In this document: positions 45,894 to 55,983 of the stretch, in pieces | Layout: every line of letters begins with the position of its first letter | Position numbering within the stretch: position 1 is the first letter of the stretch | Origin: an uncultured Planctomycetia bacterium | GTDB lineage: Bacteria > Omnitrophota > Gorgyraeia > 1-14-0-20-64-10 | Direction: 5' to 3' | Length of the DNA stretch: 64,000 bases | NCBI GenBank assembly: GCA_964597545.1 | Contig: CAZQXN010000001.1 | Location: 69,655 to 133,654 of the forward strand | Notes under the pieces: model-generated | Databases searched by the model: none | Seen by the model: the letters and a program-made list of their open reading frames with translations, nothing else | Told to the model about the DNA's origin: nothing | Translations under genes and position numbers: made by a program

Positions 45894-47022
45894 ATCCCGA
45901 CAGCGCCACATCCTCCTGCTGGGAAACGACCCGGGCGACCAACAATGGAGCATGCTGCATTACGGAGAACAGCTCCTCCGGCACCTCGCCCAGCTCTGCC
46001 CGCCTCAGTGGAAAATCTCTCTGTGCGCTCCCCAAACGCAACAGATGGCATTCAGGCGCTGGTGGAGAGGCCCATCTGCTGGAATGTACTGGTCCCGATA
46101 CGTGCGGTATCCTCGACTGCTCAAGGGGGTGCGGTCGCATCTGTATCACATCTTGGATCATGGAAACGGATGGCTCATTCGGTACCTGGACCCCTCTCGA
46201 ACAGTCATCACCTGTCACGACCTCATCCCGCTGCTCTTCGGCAGACAGAGGCGTTCTCTCTTTGGGCCTCTGACCAAAGCGGCATTTCAACATGCCGTCA
46301 CAGGGCTGACCAAAGCAAAGGCCCTGCTGGTCAACTCAAGCCAAACCAGAAAGGATCTTGTCTGCCGCCTTCAGCTGGACCCGCGGCGCATCCACATTAC
46401 TCCCTTGGGGGTCGAGCCAGAGTTCCGACCGCTCCCTTCGGGTGAAAACCCCACGGGGTTGCGAAAAAAGTTCGATTTGCCTGAAGGAGTCCTCTTGCTG
46501 CATGTCGGACACACTGCCTTCTACAAGAACGTGGAGGGGCTGCTGCACTGCCTTAAGATTCTCAGGGCCCGGGAGCAACCGGTGTGGCTGATCAGGGTTG
46601 GGGAGGGACTTCAGCTCCATCAGCGGACTTTGGCGAAGCGCTTCGGTATCGCCGACCGGGTCGTTGAGCTGGGCTCGGTATCTCGAGGGCAGCTGCAAGA
46701 GCTGTATCGAGCCGCCGATCTGTTGGTCTTTCCCTCGTGGTACGAGGGGCAAGGCCTGCCTCCGCTTGAAGCGATGGCATCTGGGCTGCCTGTCGTCGCC
46801 TCCAACCGGGGCGCCTTACCGCAGACCCTAGGGCAAGCCGGCATCCTGGTGGAGCCAAACGCGCCTGCGCAAATGGCCGATGCGGTGGGGCGCATCCTTG
46901 GAGACAGAGCGTTGCGAACTCAGCTGTGTGCGCGCGGCTTGAAGCGTGCTGCCGACTTTCGCTGGGAAACCACGGCCCAAGAAACTCTACGGGTGTACCG
47001 GTCGCTGCTCGAAAACCTATGA
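45880..47022 (+). CDS. GT4 family glycosyltransferase
   Basis: EGQGLPPLEAMASGLPVVASNRGALPQTLG (E-x7-E region). I chose the GTG start at RHILLLGN, giving a 14-nt overlap with the upstream gene. Confidence 0.7.
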   Translation, partial: AVPAESRQRHILLLGNDPGDQQWSMLHYGEQLLRHLAQLCPPQWKISLCAPQTQQMAFRRWWRGPSAGMYWSRYVRYPRLLKGVRSHLYHILDHGNGWLIRYLDPSRTVITCHDLIPLLFGRQRRSLFGPLTKAAFQHAVTGLTKAKALLVNSSQTRKDLVCRLQLDPRRIHITPLGVEPEFRPLPSGENPTGLRKKFDLPEGVLLLHVGHTAFYKNVEGLLHCLKILRAREQPVWLIRVGEGLQLHQRTLAKRFGIADRVVELGSVSRGQLQELYRAADLLVFPSWYEGQGLPPLEAMASGLPVVASNRGALPQTLGQAGILVEPNAPAQMADAVGRILGDRALRTQLCARGLKRAADFRWETTAQETLRVYRSLLENL

Positions 47023-47047
47023 TATACTCTCCGTCGGGAGGAAACGA

Positions 47048-48079
47048 ATGATCTGGAGGGGCCGAAAGATTTTGATTACCGGTGGAGCTTCTTTTATCGG
47101 CTCTCACTTGACCGATGCGCTCGTTGAGCAGGGTGCTTCGGTTCGAATCGTCGACGATCTCTCAAGCGGAAAACGAGAGAATCTCGAGAGGCATCTGAAA
47201 ACCGGCGCCATAGAATTCATCCAGGATGACCTGCGGAATCAAGAGGTCGCCCAGCGTGCGGTTGGCGGGATGCAAGTCGTATTCCACCTGGCAGCCGCTC
47301 ATGGCGGACGCGGCTATGTCGATCTGCACCAAGCTGCCTGTGCAGAAAACCTCACGCTGGATGGCTTAGTCTTTCAGGCCTGCCAGAAGACCGGCGTGGA
47401 GAAGATTGTTTATGCCTCGAGCGGGTGCGCCTACCCCAACCACCTTCAAGCAGACCCCAACCAAATCCTCTACCTCACCGAGGCAATGGTGGGACCGCCC
47501 TATGATGCGGATAACCTATACGGCTGGGCGAAACTGATGGGGGAACTTACCCTAAAGGCGCTCTATAAAGAGCGCGGCTTGAAATCGGCCTCCTGCCGGT
47601 ACTTCACAGTCTACGGGCCGAGGGGCCATGAGAATCACGCCGTGATTGCCATGATCGCCCGGGCTTTCATCAAACAAGATCCCTTTGAGGTCTGGGGTGA
47701 TGGGACGCAGTTGAGGAATTGGACGTGGATAGGAGACATCGTCGAGGGCACCATGCTGGCGGCCGAGAAAATCGACGATGGGGCGGCCATCAACCTCGGC
47801 ACCATGGAGCGGATTCGGGTGAACGATGCGGTCAAGATGGTCATGGATTACACGGGCCACAAACCCAAAATTCGTTTTCGACCCGACATGCCAACGGGTC
47901 CGCGCAACCGCGTAGCAGACAATGCCCTGGCCAAACAACTCCTGAGCTGGGAGCCCAAGGTTCCATTTCGGGAGGGGCTTCGCCGCACCATTGACTGGTA
48001 CTTCTCAACCAAAGATCCCAAGCGCATTCAACGGCTGGCGTTCGAGCAGCTGTTGACCGAGCGGGGCATCCACTCTTGA
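47048..48079 (+). CDS. NAD-dependent sugar-nucleotide epimerase/dehydratase (SDR; UDP-glucuronate decarboxylase / dTDP-glucose dehydratase-like)
   Basis: ILITGGASFIGSHL (a GxxGxxG Rossmann motif) and the YxxxK catalytic motif region. Confidence 0.75.
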   Translation: MIWRGRKILITGGASFIGSHLTDALVEQGASVRIVDDLSSGKRENLERHLKTGAIEFIQDDLRNQEVAQRAVGGMQVVFHLAAAHGGRGYVDLHQAACAENLTLDGLVFQACQKTGVEKIVYASSGCAYPNHLQADPNQILYLTEAMVGPPYDADNLYGWAKLMGELTLKALYKERGLKSASCRYFTVYGPRGHENHAVIAMIARAFIKQDPFEVWGDGTQLRNWTWIGDIVEGTMLAAEKIDDGAAINLGTMERIRVNDAVKMVMDYTGHKPKIRFRPDMPTGPRNRVADNALAKQLLSWEPKVPFREGLRRTIDWYFSTKDPKRIQRLAFEQLLTERGIHS

Positions 48080-50310
48080 GCGCTCCATCCTCAAAAAAGA
48101 CCAATCCAAAGGTTGCGCTTATCACGGGAATCACCGGCCAGGACGGCTCTTACCTTGCGGAGCTTCTCCTTTCCAAGGGCTACATTGTCCATGGCCTCAT
48201 CCGGCGAGCCAGCACGTTCAATACCCAACGGCTGGAACACCTTTACCAAGACCCGCACGACGCCAAGGCCCATCTGCTTCTTCACTACGGGGATCTTTCC
48301 GATGCCAGCCGGCTTACGAATCTCCTCTATGAGATTCGCCCTGACGAAATCTATCACTTGGGCGCCCAAAGCCACGTTCGAGTCAGCTTCGATTCCCCGG
48401 ATGACACGGGCGAGATTAACGCCTTAGGAACCGTTCGGCTTCTTGAAGCCATCCGCCGAGGGCTTCCTCGCTGCCGAATCTACCAAGCCTCCTGCTATGA
48501 CGACCAAACACGGGTCCTTACAACGGAAGGTCTTAAGACGTATAAGGAGATCGGAATCGGCGATCTGGTACTTACAGTCGACACCACCACAAATCGGTTG
48601 GAAGCCAAGCCCGTAAAGCGCGTAATAGTCTCCCCTTACCGAGGAGACATGATGCGGCTCAAGAGCCGCCGGTTCGACCTCTTGGTGACTCCCAATCATC
48701 AACTCCTTCTGCACGGCACAGCAGGACTCTTTTATTCGACCGCAGGTGATTTACAGATGCCAGATCAAGAGCAGTTTTACTCCGGTCACAGCTCGGTCAA
48801 ATTTCCTAATCCCCTTTGGCAAAAGGAGCGGAAACCCTCCATTCAACTAAGCCAAGTGGCCCCGTGCGAACTCCCCTGTAACGCAACGAAGAACCTGGTT
48901 GATGAAATTGAGACGAACGATTTGTTCTGGCTCGTTGGTCTCTATGTGGGAGATGGTTACTGCTCGCCGGACAAGCGCGCCCTGAGGAGTGGGTCGAAGG
49001 ATCAATTTATCGCGTTCCGTGGCCAGCAGGGCCGCTTCGTAGCCCAGCCTAAAACGGAGGCAGTCACTTACCCCAGTCACAACATCTACTTCGCGATCCC
49101 CTCGTCCGACAAGTCGCGCGGCCGGTTAGTCCTATGGCTTGAAAAATATGGCATCGAGTATCGTGCCAGCCGGGAATGGATCCGATATTCGTCGTACCCG
49201 TTGGCACACTTTCTGCGGAGCTGCGGGACAACCGCCAAAGAAAAGCACATCCCCCCATGGATGCTGACTTATGACCGTGAGCATCTCCGTGCATTATTTG
49301 ACGGCCTGATCGGATCTGACGGCCATATGCGGCGCAACCAGAAAACCTACACGTATACCACAACCTCCGATACGCTGTTGAATCAGGTGGTGGAACTATC
49401 GGTCAAGCTCGGATTCCGGTGCTCGACGTCCAAAAAACTGGGCAGGGACGTCCTTTACGTCAAGGAACAGCGAATCATCCGCGCGTCGCAAGCGTACGTT
49501 GCGCACATCTCCAACAATCATCGAAAGCGGCCAATTACTTTGTACCCATCACAGGTCCGACGCACCCCTTATGCGGGAACGGTATGGTGCTTGGAGATCG
49601 CTGACAACCACAATTTTCTCGTGGAGCGCAACGGCCGATATGCATTCTGCGGGAACAGTTCCGAGATGTTCGGCGCAGCCCCCGCACCCCAAAACGAGAA
49701 GACGCCTTTCTGTCCCTGCAGCCCGTACGCCACCTCCAAGGTCTATGCCTATTGGATGGCCCGGAACTACAGGCAAGCCTATCGGCTCTTCGCCTGCAAC
49801 GGCATCATGTTCAACCACGAGTCTCCTCGGCGCGGGGCAACCTTCGTCTCCCGGAAGATTACGCGTGCCGTTGCGGCCATCGCGGCCGGCAAACAAAAGA
49901 AACTTTTCCTCGGCAATCTCAAATCCCGCCGCGACTGGGGATACGCGCCGGAGTACGTTCAAGCCATGTGGCTGCTGCTCCAGCAAAGGACCCCTCAGGA
50001 TCTGGTCTTTGGAACCGGAGAGGCTCACTCTGTACAGGAGTTTGTTGAAACCGCCTTTGGCTACGCAAATCTCGATTGGAAGAAATACGTCAAGACCGAT
50101 CTCCGTTATCTGCGCCCCACCGATGTCTCTCTGCTCAGAGCAAATGCTTCCCTGGCCAAGCGGCGGCTGGGATGGACGCCTCAGATCCGTTTTAAAGCTT
50201 TGGTCCGGCTGATGGTGGATGCCGACATGGAAGCCATCGGCTTAACACCTCCTGCCAGTAGCCGCTCACAACAAGGATACAAACGGCTCAAATGGCTCCG
50301 GCGGCCGTAA
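48076..50310 (+). CDS. gmd: GDP-mannose 4,6-dehydratase interrupted by an in-frame intein
   Basis: The N-extein reads [27 protein letters not shown]...RIYQAS, and the C-extein reads SSEMFG...[61 protein letters not shown]. Spliced together they form a canonical Gmd (compare E. coli YQASTSELYG...[55 protein letters not shown]). Confidence 0.85.
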   Translation: MSAPSSKKTNPKVALITGITGQDGSYLAELLLSKGYIVHGLIRRASTFNTQRLEHLYQDPHDAKAHLLLHYGDLSDASRLTNLLYEIRPDEIYHLGAQSHVRVSFDSPDDTGEINALGTVRLLEAIRRGLPRCRIYQASCYDDQTRVLTTEGLKTYKEIGIGDLVLTVDTTTNRLEAKPVKRVIVSPYRGDMMRLKSRRFDLLVTPNHQLLLHGTAGLFYSTAGDLQMPDQEQFYSGHSSVKFPNPLWQKERKPSIQLSQVAPCELPCNATKNLVDEIETNDLFWLVGLYVGDGYCSPDKRALRSGSKDQFIAFRGQQGRFVAQPKTEAVTYPSHNIYFAIPSSDKSRGRLVLWLEKYGIEYRASREWIRYSSYPLAHFLRSCGTTAKEKHIPPWMLTYDREHLRALFDGLIGSDGHMRRNQKTYTYTTTSDTLLNQVVELSVKLGFRCSTSKKLGRDVLYVKEQRIIRASQAYVAHISNNHRKRPITLYPSQVRRTPYAGTVWCLEIADNHNFLVERNGRYAFCGNSSEMFGAAPAPQNEKTPFCPCSPYATSKVYAYWMARNYRQAYRLFACNGIMFNHESPRRGATFVSRKITRAVAAIAAGKQKKLFLGNLKSRRDWGYAPEYVQAMWLLLQQRTPQDLVFGTGEAHSVQEFVETAFGYANLDWKKYVKTDLRYLRPTDVSLLRANASLAKRRLGWTPQIRFKALVRLMVDADMEAIGLTPPASSRSQQGYKRLKWLRRP
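48493..49656 (+). mobile_element. Intein (388 aa) with a LAGLIDADG homing-endonuclease domain inside gmd
   Basis: It starts with Cys1 ([30 protein letters not shown], block A), has block B TPNHQ, two LAGLIDADG motifs ([15 protein letters not shown] and [15 protein letters not shown]), blocks [29 protein letters not shown], and ends in Asn followed by the +1 Ser of the extein. Confidence 0.8.
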
Positions 50311-51245
50311 CCGCTCTGCACAATCAACGCATTCTGGTCACCGGTGGAGCAGGCTTTCTGGGCCAACATCTGGTGCAAGCCCTTCGGAATCGAGGGTGCC
50401 AAGAGGCCTTTATCCCCAGGAAAAAGGATTATGACCTCACGCAGCAGGATGCGGTCCGTCGCCTCTATCGAGACAGTCGGCCTACCTTGGTTTTCCATCT
50501 GGCTGCTGTCGTGGGTGGAATCCTTGCCAACCAGGCCAATCCAGGTCGATTTCTCTACGAAAACCTCATCATGGGCCTGCAGTTGATGGAGGGCGCTAGG
50601 CAATCGGGCGTTCAGAAATTCGTGACGGCTGGAACCATCTGTTCCTACCCGAAACACACCCCCACCCCGTTCCAAGAGAAGGACCTCTGGAGCGGGTACC
50701 CCGAAGAGACCAATGCCCCTTATGGCCTTGCCAAGAAGACGCTGCTCGTTCAGGGCCAAGCCTATCGCCAGCAGTACGGGTTTAATTCCATCCATCTGAT
50801 GCCGGTCAACCTGTATGGCCCCGGAGATCACTTCGACCTGCAGACTTCCCACGTCATCCCCGCGCTGATCCGCAAATGCTTGGAGGCCATTCGGGACAAG
50901 AAGCCGGAAATCATCTGCTGGGGAGACGGTTCGCCGACCCGGGAATTCCTCTATGTGGCAGATTGCGCGGAGGGCCTCACGCTGGCTGCGGAACGATACG
51001 AGGGCGGTGAGCCGATTAATCTTGGTTCCGGATCAGAGATCTCAATTAAGGATCTGGTGCACTTGATCGCCGAACTGACCGGATACAATGGCCGAATCAT
51101 CTGGGACACCTCCAAGCCGAACGGGCAACCGAGGCGCTGTCTAGACACTCGTCTTGCCCAAGAACGCTTTGGCTTCCAGGCAAAAACGCCCCTTCGCGAA
51201 GGTCTTGAGCAAACCATCCGATGGTATCGAGAGCATCCGGCCTAA
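50292..51245 (+). CDS. fcl: GDP-L-fucose synthase (GDP-4-keto-6-deoxy-D-mannose 3,5-epimerase/4-reductase)
   Basis: [14 protein letters not shown]...[37 protein letters not shown]...GTICSYPK is a canonical Fcl/WcaG sequence, and the gene lies directly downstream of gmd. Confidence 0.8.
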   Translation: MAPAAVTALHNQRILVTGGAGFLGQHLVQALRNRGCQEAFIPRKKDYDLTQQDAVRRLYRDSRPTLVFHLAAVVGGILANQANPGRFLYENLIMGLQLMEGARQSGVQKFVTAGTICSYPKHTPTPFQEKDLWSGYPEETNAPYGLAKKTLLVQGQAYRQQYGFNSIHLMPVNLYGPGDHFDLQTSHVIPALIRKCLEAIRDKKPEIICWGDGSPTREFLYVADCAEGLTLAAERYEGGEPINLGSGSEISIKDLVHLIAELTGYNGRIIWDTSKPNGQPRRCLDTRLAQERFGFQAKTPLREGLEQTIRWYREHPA

Positions 51246-51334
51246 CCCCTTTGAGCCGCAAAGCCCTGCATAACGCTCTCCTTAAGATGTCAAGTAGCGC
51301 ACGCAGACTGCTTCCGATACCTCAGGAGGATTGA

Positions 51335-52405
51335 ATGGTTAGGGTAAAACACAAGGCGATATTAATCCTTACGGCCATTGTGGCTGGCGTTGCCCTCTTA
51401 GAAGCATCCTGCAGGTTTTATCAGTATGTGGTTCGGAATCGAGTCTTAGAGGATGCCATCTTCCATCCCTGTTACAGGCATTATTATTTCTTCGGGCCTA
51501 ATTTTAAGCCGAATTCTGGAGGCGCTTGGCAGGCAATTCCGAATCTGAAAATCAACAGCTTGGGATTCAGGGGTGGCGAGTTTACCATCGAGAAGCAGCC
51601 GGGCATTTATCGGATCATCTGTCTTGGCGGGAGCACAAGTCATGCGGGCAATTATCCAGAGAAGTTAAGCGCACTGCTCAAGATGCGCGAGGAATCTTTG
51701 GGTAAGAAGGTGGAGGTCATTAATGCAGCCGTTCCTGCCTGGAATACTACTCAAAGCCTCATACAGTTTGTTACGAGGGCAATCTATCTGCAGCCCGACC
51801 TGATCATCATTTACCATGCCACCAACGACCACTACATGGAGGACAATTATTGGCTTCATCGCTTACCGGAAGTCGATTACAAGGAATATGGCGGTTTTTT
51901 GAGAAATCACTCTTTGCTGTACTGCTTTGCGTTGAACCGGATTAGAAATTTGTCCAATTGGGTAAAGAGCAAGCGCTGGAAAAGCACCTTAAGGGGCGCG
52001 AGCGCAGCTGCCTCCGACGGAGCGGATCGCAGCGATTCTACGCAGGTCTATGCCATGAATCTAGAGAACTTTGCTGCGCTTGCGAAATACCGCGGCATCG
52101 GCGCAGTGTTCGTCACCATGCCCGTGGCTTACGATGAGGGGCTTGGCCGCACAGAGAACGCCGTGCAGGCTGGTTATATGTATCGCGATTTCAAGCGGCA
52201 TGCCAGAAGAATAGGGCAGCATAACGACGTGATGCGGCAGTTGGCTCAGAAGCTTCCGATTACGTTGGTTGATGTCGCGAGGTCAGGATTCAGCGGAGAG
52301 GCCGAATATTTTGTTGACCTCGTTCATTTCTCAGAAGAGGGAGCGCACCTCTTCGCAAAGCGCATCGCAAGCGCAATATATCCCCTTATAAAAGAGGGCA
52401 ATTAA
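51335..52405 (+). CDS. Membrane-anchored SGNH/GDSL-like hydrolase-fold protein (possible polysaccharide O-acyl esterase/transferase)
   Basis: An N-terminal TM helix, IICLGGSTS (a block-I-like variant of GDS) and a late DxxH-like segment (FVDLVHF). This is a weak, motif-level call. Confidence 0.35.
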   Translation: MVRVKHKAILILTAIVAGVALLEASCRFYQYVVRNRVLEDAIFHPCYRHYYFFGPNFKPNSGGAWQAIPNLKINSLGFRGGEFTIEKQPGIYRIICLGGSTSHAGNYPEKLSALLKMREESLGKKVEVINAAVPAWNTTQSLIQFVTRAIYLQPDLIIIYHATNDHYMEDNYWLHRLPEVDYKEYGGFLRNHSLLYCFALNRIRNLSNWVKSKRWKSTLRGASAAASDGADRSDSTQVYAMNLENFAALAKYRGIGAVFVTMPVAYDEGLGRTENAVQAGYMYRDFKRHARRIGQHNDVMRQLAQKLPITLVDVARSGFSGEAEYFVDLVHFSEEGAHLFAKRIASAIYPLIKEGN

Positions 52406-52424
52406 AGGGCCTAAAGCGCATCCG

Positions 52425-53723
52425 ATGGCACCAAAAACACCAGAATCAGCCTCCTTGAGCTCTCGACCGTTGCACATCGCTTTCTTTAACCGGGCTTTTT
52501 ACCCGGAAATGAGCGCCACCGGACAACTGCTTGCTGAGTTAACCGAGGGGTTAGCGAGAGATCACGGTTGTCAGGTCACGGTCGTCACAGGCATCCCAAT
52601 GGGAGGTGTCTCCGGTGCCTGGTCTCGACCGAAGAGGTGGCGCTTCATCACTCAGGAGCAGCTCGGTTCCGTCCGCATCTTGAGAGCCAATGGAACCACT
52701 TTTTCTAAACGGACCTTTCTGGGTCGGGCCGTCAACTATCTGACTTACTTTTTGTCTTCCTGTCTGGCGGGATTTCATCTGAAGCACCCGGATGTCATCG
52801 TCGCCTTGACGGATCCCCCCATCATCGGTCTGTCTGCGCTTCTGGCGGCTCGAAGGTTCCGTTGTCCCATGGTAAATTCCTACCGGGACATCTTCCCTGA
52901 AGTAGGCCGGCTGCTGGAAGACTTCAAAAGCCCCTTCGTAGACTGGGTGCTTCAACAAACCAACCGCATCATCATCCGGCAAGCAACGCGCCTCGTGGTG
53001 CTGGGCGAGGCCATGCGCGACCGTCTCATCCAAGAAAAGGGGGCCCGGGCAGAACAGATCGCTATCATCCCGGATTGGGCAGATGGCAAGAGCATCGTTC
53101 CCAGCGCAAGGCAGAACCGCTTTTCTGCAGCACATGAGTTGGATAACCGTTTTGTGGTGATGCACTGCGGCAATATGGGCGCATCCCAAAATCTTGATGT
53201 TGTGCTGGAAGCAATCGCTCTATTGCGCAACTTGCCGGAGTTGATGTTGGTCTTTGTGGGGGATGGCATCAAGAAGGCATCCCTGGAGCAGCGTGCACTC
53301 CGGATGCAGCTGACAAACGTGCGTTTTCTTCCCTATCAACCCAAAGAGGAGCTCTCAGACACCTTTGCCGCCGCTGACTGCTTCGTGATCTCCCTCAAGC
53401 CCGGGTTGGCCGGATACATCACCCCCAGCAAGCTGTACGGAATTCTTGCTTCGGGACGGCCTTACGTCGCAGTGGTGGATGAGGAGTGTGACGTGGCTCG
53501 GATCACGAAGCGGTACCGGTGTGGCCTTCTGGCACAACCTGGAAATGCTCAAGATCTGGCTGAAAAGATTCGAACCCTCTATCGGAATCGAGTCCTCGCC
53601 CAACAGCTGGGGGTCAGTGCTCGCCAGGCGTTCAGCGCCTTTGATCGCCCGGTGGGCGTGAAGGCATACTACAATCTCTTCCGAACCCTGGCGACCCAAA
53701 AAACAGCGCCGGATTCAGCCTAG
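52425..53723 (+). CDS. GT4 glycosyltransferase, WcaI-like
   Basis: The N-terminus IAFFNRAFYPEMSATGQLLAELTEGL resembles the WcaI subfamily, and the C-terminal part is a GT-B fold. Confidence 0.7.
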   Translation: MAPKTPESASLSSRPLHIAFFNRAFYPEMSATGQLLAELTEGLARDHGCQVTVVTGIPMGGVSGAWSRPKRWRFITQEQLGSVRILRANGTTFSKRTFLGRAVNYLTYFLSSCLAGFHLKHPDVIVALTDPPIIGLSALLAARRFRCPMVNSYRDIFPEVGRLLEDFKSPFVDWVLQQTNRIIIRQATRLVVLGEAMRDRLIQEKGARAEQIAIIPDWADGKSIVPSARQNRFSAAHELDNRFVVMHCGNMGASQNLDVVLEAIALLRNLPELMLVFVGDGIKKASLEQRALRMQLTNVRFLPYQPKEELSDTFAAADCFVISLKPGLAGYITPSKLYGILASGRPYVAVVDEECDVARITKRYRCGLLAQPGNAQDLAEKIRTLYRNRVLAQQLGVSARQAFSAFDRPVGVKAYYNLFRTLATQKTAPDSA

Positions 53724-54943
53724 CCCGCTGGGGAAGCGTCCTTTAAACGGCTCAAGCAAACCGATTCAAAATCTTCAGCTGCCTCCGCCCAGCTGCGGGG
53801 GCGATGCTTTTCTGGAATCCGGCGTGCCATATCGGCAAGCTCCTTCCGATGCTGAGCACACCAAAGGAGCCGTTGGACGAATGCTTCCGGGGTTCGGATC
53901 GGAAGAATCCAGCCGTTCTTGCCTTCCTGAACCAAGTCCGGTCCAGCGCAATTGGATGTAGCCAAAACCGGTAAGGCGCTTGCCAGTGCCTGGGCCAAAA
54001 CCAAACCGTATCCATCTTGAAGCGTAGGGAACAAAAACAGGTCCGCCCGGGCATACCACTGCGGAAGTCTCCCCTGAGGCTGGCTGGGAACAAGGTCGGT
54101 AAATCGCTGTACTGCTTTTAAAAACCTTACAGCGTCTGGTGAAGGCGCGCCGACCCATGTGAATTGGAAGCGTTCTGAGCTCAAGCGGCGATAAATCTGC
54201 ATGGCATCCCACAACCCCTTTTGGAAGGAGAGCGATCCTGTCGTGAGAACATGCAACGGCTTTCCCGAAAGGATTCTCCGGCACCGCGCCTCCACAGTTT
54301 CGGGGGCTGCGCAAAAAGCTTCCAAATCGGCCCCCAGGGGGATAACGGCCAGCTTGTGACGCGGAACACCTTCCTCCACAAAGGTATCGTACGCAAACCG
54401 CGAAAGAACGCAGATCTGGTCTGCTAAGGCATACTCTCTCTCCTCTCGCTCAATGATCCAGTTGCTGGGGCAGTCGACTTTGCTTCCAGTCCGCTGCTCT
54501 TCCTCCCGAAGGATCTTGGACTGCGTTCGGATGTGCGCTGAGCCGCGCATCAGCAATCGCTTGACCCGCTGTCCCTCGAGGGCTCGAAACGTTTCCTCAG
54601 CGACGCCGCTCCAGCAATGCACCACGTCCCAGGACTCCGTCTTAATCTGCGCAGCTGACCAGCGCCCAAACCAGCGACAGAAGAAAGCGGTGGGGAAGGG
54701 GAACATTGCCCATTTGTTGAGAAGGGCAAAAAAGCGTTCAAAAAGAACCTCCACCCAGAAACTGCGTACGTGCCCTGACGAAATGCCAAACCGCCGGACA
54801 GCCCATTTGGGATGGTTGGTAAAAAGCTTCACCTCAACGCCTCGTCGCAAAAGTTCTCGCGTGAGGTCAAACGCATGAAAGCGACCGGGGACAACGATAG
54901 CGATCTTCAGGCGTTTCTGGTTCCGGCCAGACGCACGCATCAT
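53720..54943 (-). CDS. GT4 family glycosyltransferase
   Basis: A 407-aa GT-B-like ORF (...GLVLAQALASALPVLATSNCAGPDLVQEGKNGWIL...). It is convergent with the WcaI-like gene and shares a CTAG stop overlap with it. Confidence 0.65.
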   Translation of the reverse strand: MMRASGRNQKRLKIAIVVPGRFHAFDLTRELLRRGVEVKLFTNHPKWAVRRFGISSGHVRSFWVEVLFERFFALLNKWAMFPFPTAFFCRWFGRWSAAQIKTESWDVVHCWSGVAEETFRALEGQRVKRLLMRGSAHIRTQSKILREEEQRTGSKVDCPSNWIIEREEREYALADQICVLSRFAYDTFVEEGVPRHKLAVIPLGADLEAFCAAPETVEARCRRILSGKPLHVLTTGSLSFQKGLWDAMQIYRRLSSERFQFTWVGAPSPDAVRFLKAVQRFTDLVPSQPQGRLPQWYARADLFLFPTLQDGYGLVLAQALASALPVLATSNCAGPDLVQEGKNGWILPIRTPEAFVQRLLWCAQHRKELADMARRIPEKHRPRSWAEAAEDFESVCLSRLKDASPAG

Positions 54944-55983
54944 CCCTGCTCCTGAAGCACTTGGCTGAGTACGCTGCGCAGACGATCTTCGTAGCTGTAG
55001 CCCTCCAGGCAGCGCGCACGCCCTGCCTGCGCGATGGCTTCGCGCTGATCGTCGTCTGCCAGGTAGCGTTTGATCTTCTCCATCATTTCATCGGAGGAAC
55101 TGTAAAACTCTGCCTGCACGCCCTCTTGAAAAAGGGCCAGGTGCTCTTCGTTTCGCTCGGCAAGCATAAACGCTCCGCAGGCAGGAATCTCCACAGACCG
55201 CGTTGTCGTTCTATCGAAAAACCAGCGGGAGAGGAAACAGAGATTTATCTTGGCGCCGCAAAGGGCCTTGACGTACTCATCTGCAACCAGGTGACAGCTC
55301 TCTCGAAAAAGGGGATGCCTTCTGCGCCTGGCCCGCCTCCATCCCCCGCCCCAAACCTTGATGCGGTATCCCTGCTTCCACAATTGGAAAAGCGTTTCTT
55401 CCCGGGAGGGCTCCCAGTGCCCGACAAAACCTATGTCACATCCAAACCGTTCGCGCTCCTTGGGAGTCAGCGTTACCGGGCGATGGAGGTCAGGGTCAAA
55501 CCCGTTGCCCATGTGCATCACGCGACGAGCGCCCCGCTGAATCAGCCATTTTATGTTGTGGGTCTTTGTGGTGATGTGGACGTCATACAATGGGATGGCC
55601 TTAAGATAAAGCGGGCTTTGGTTAGCGGGGATCATCATGTTGTCCGGGCTGAAATGAACGGACAGGCGGCATCCTGCGCGACGGATGGCCACCAGTGTCT
55701 GGGGGAGTAGGTGGAGCCCTTTGTCCACCCATAACAACTCCGGCTGAAACCGGCGGGCACTCTCCAATGTTTCATGGTTGATGGCCCGGACGCGGGGTCC
55801 CCAATAGAGATGATTGGTCAGGGCTTGCTGCCATAGCGAAAGACCGCTGATTCGACCCTTGGTCGAAACCGCCTTAACCTCTCGGGAAAAGCGCCGCAGC
55901 GCCCTCAGCCTTGAAAAGCTGGTGCTTCCCTCGTCCAGCTCGCCCACCATAAAAACCCGATGTGGGATCTGTGCTCCCTTCAT
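54940..55983 (-). CDS. CgeB-family / DUF3880-like glycosyltransferase-fold protein
   Basis: The C-terminal part (...PACGAFMLAERNEEHLALFQEGVQAEFYSSSDEMMEKIKRYLADDDQREAIAQAGRARCLEGYSYEDRL) is typical of the CgeB family. I chose the start at MKGAQIPHRVFMVGE, which abuts the stop of the upstream gene at 55980. Confidence 0.5.
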   Translation of the reverse strand: MKGAQIPHRVFMVGELDEGSTSFSRLRALRRFSREVKAVSTKGRISGLSLWQQALTNHLYWGPRVRAINHETLESARRFQPELLWVDKGLHLLPQTLVAIRRAGCRLSVHFSPDNMMIPANQSPLYLKAIPLYDVHITTKTHNIKWLIQRGARRVMHMGNGFDPDLHRPVTLTPKERERFGCDIGFVGHWEPSREETLFQLWKQGYRIKVWGGGWRRARRRRHPLFRESCHLVADEYVKALCGAKINLCFLSRWFFDRTTTRSVEIPACGAFMLAERNEEHLALFQEGVQAEFYSSSDEMMEKIKRYLADDDQREAIAQAGRARCLEGYSYEDRLRSVLSQVLQEQG

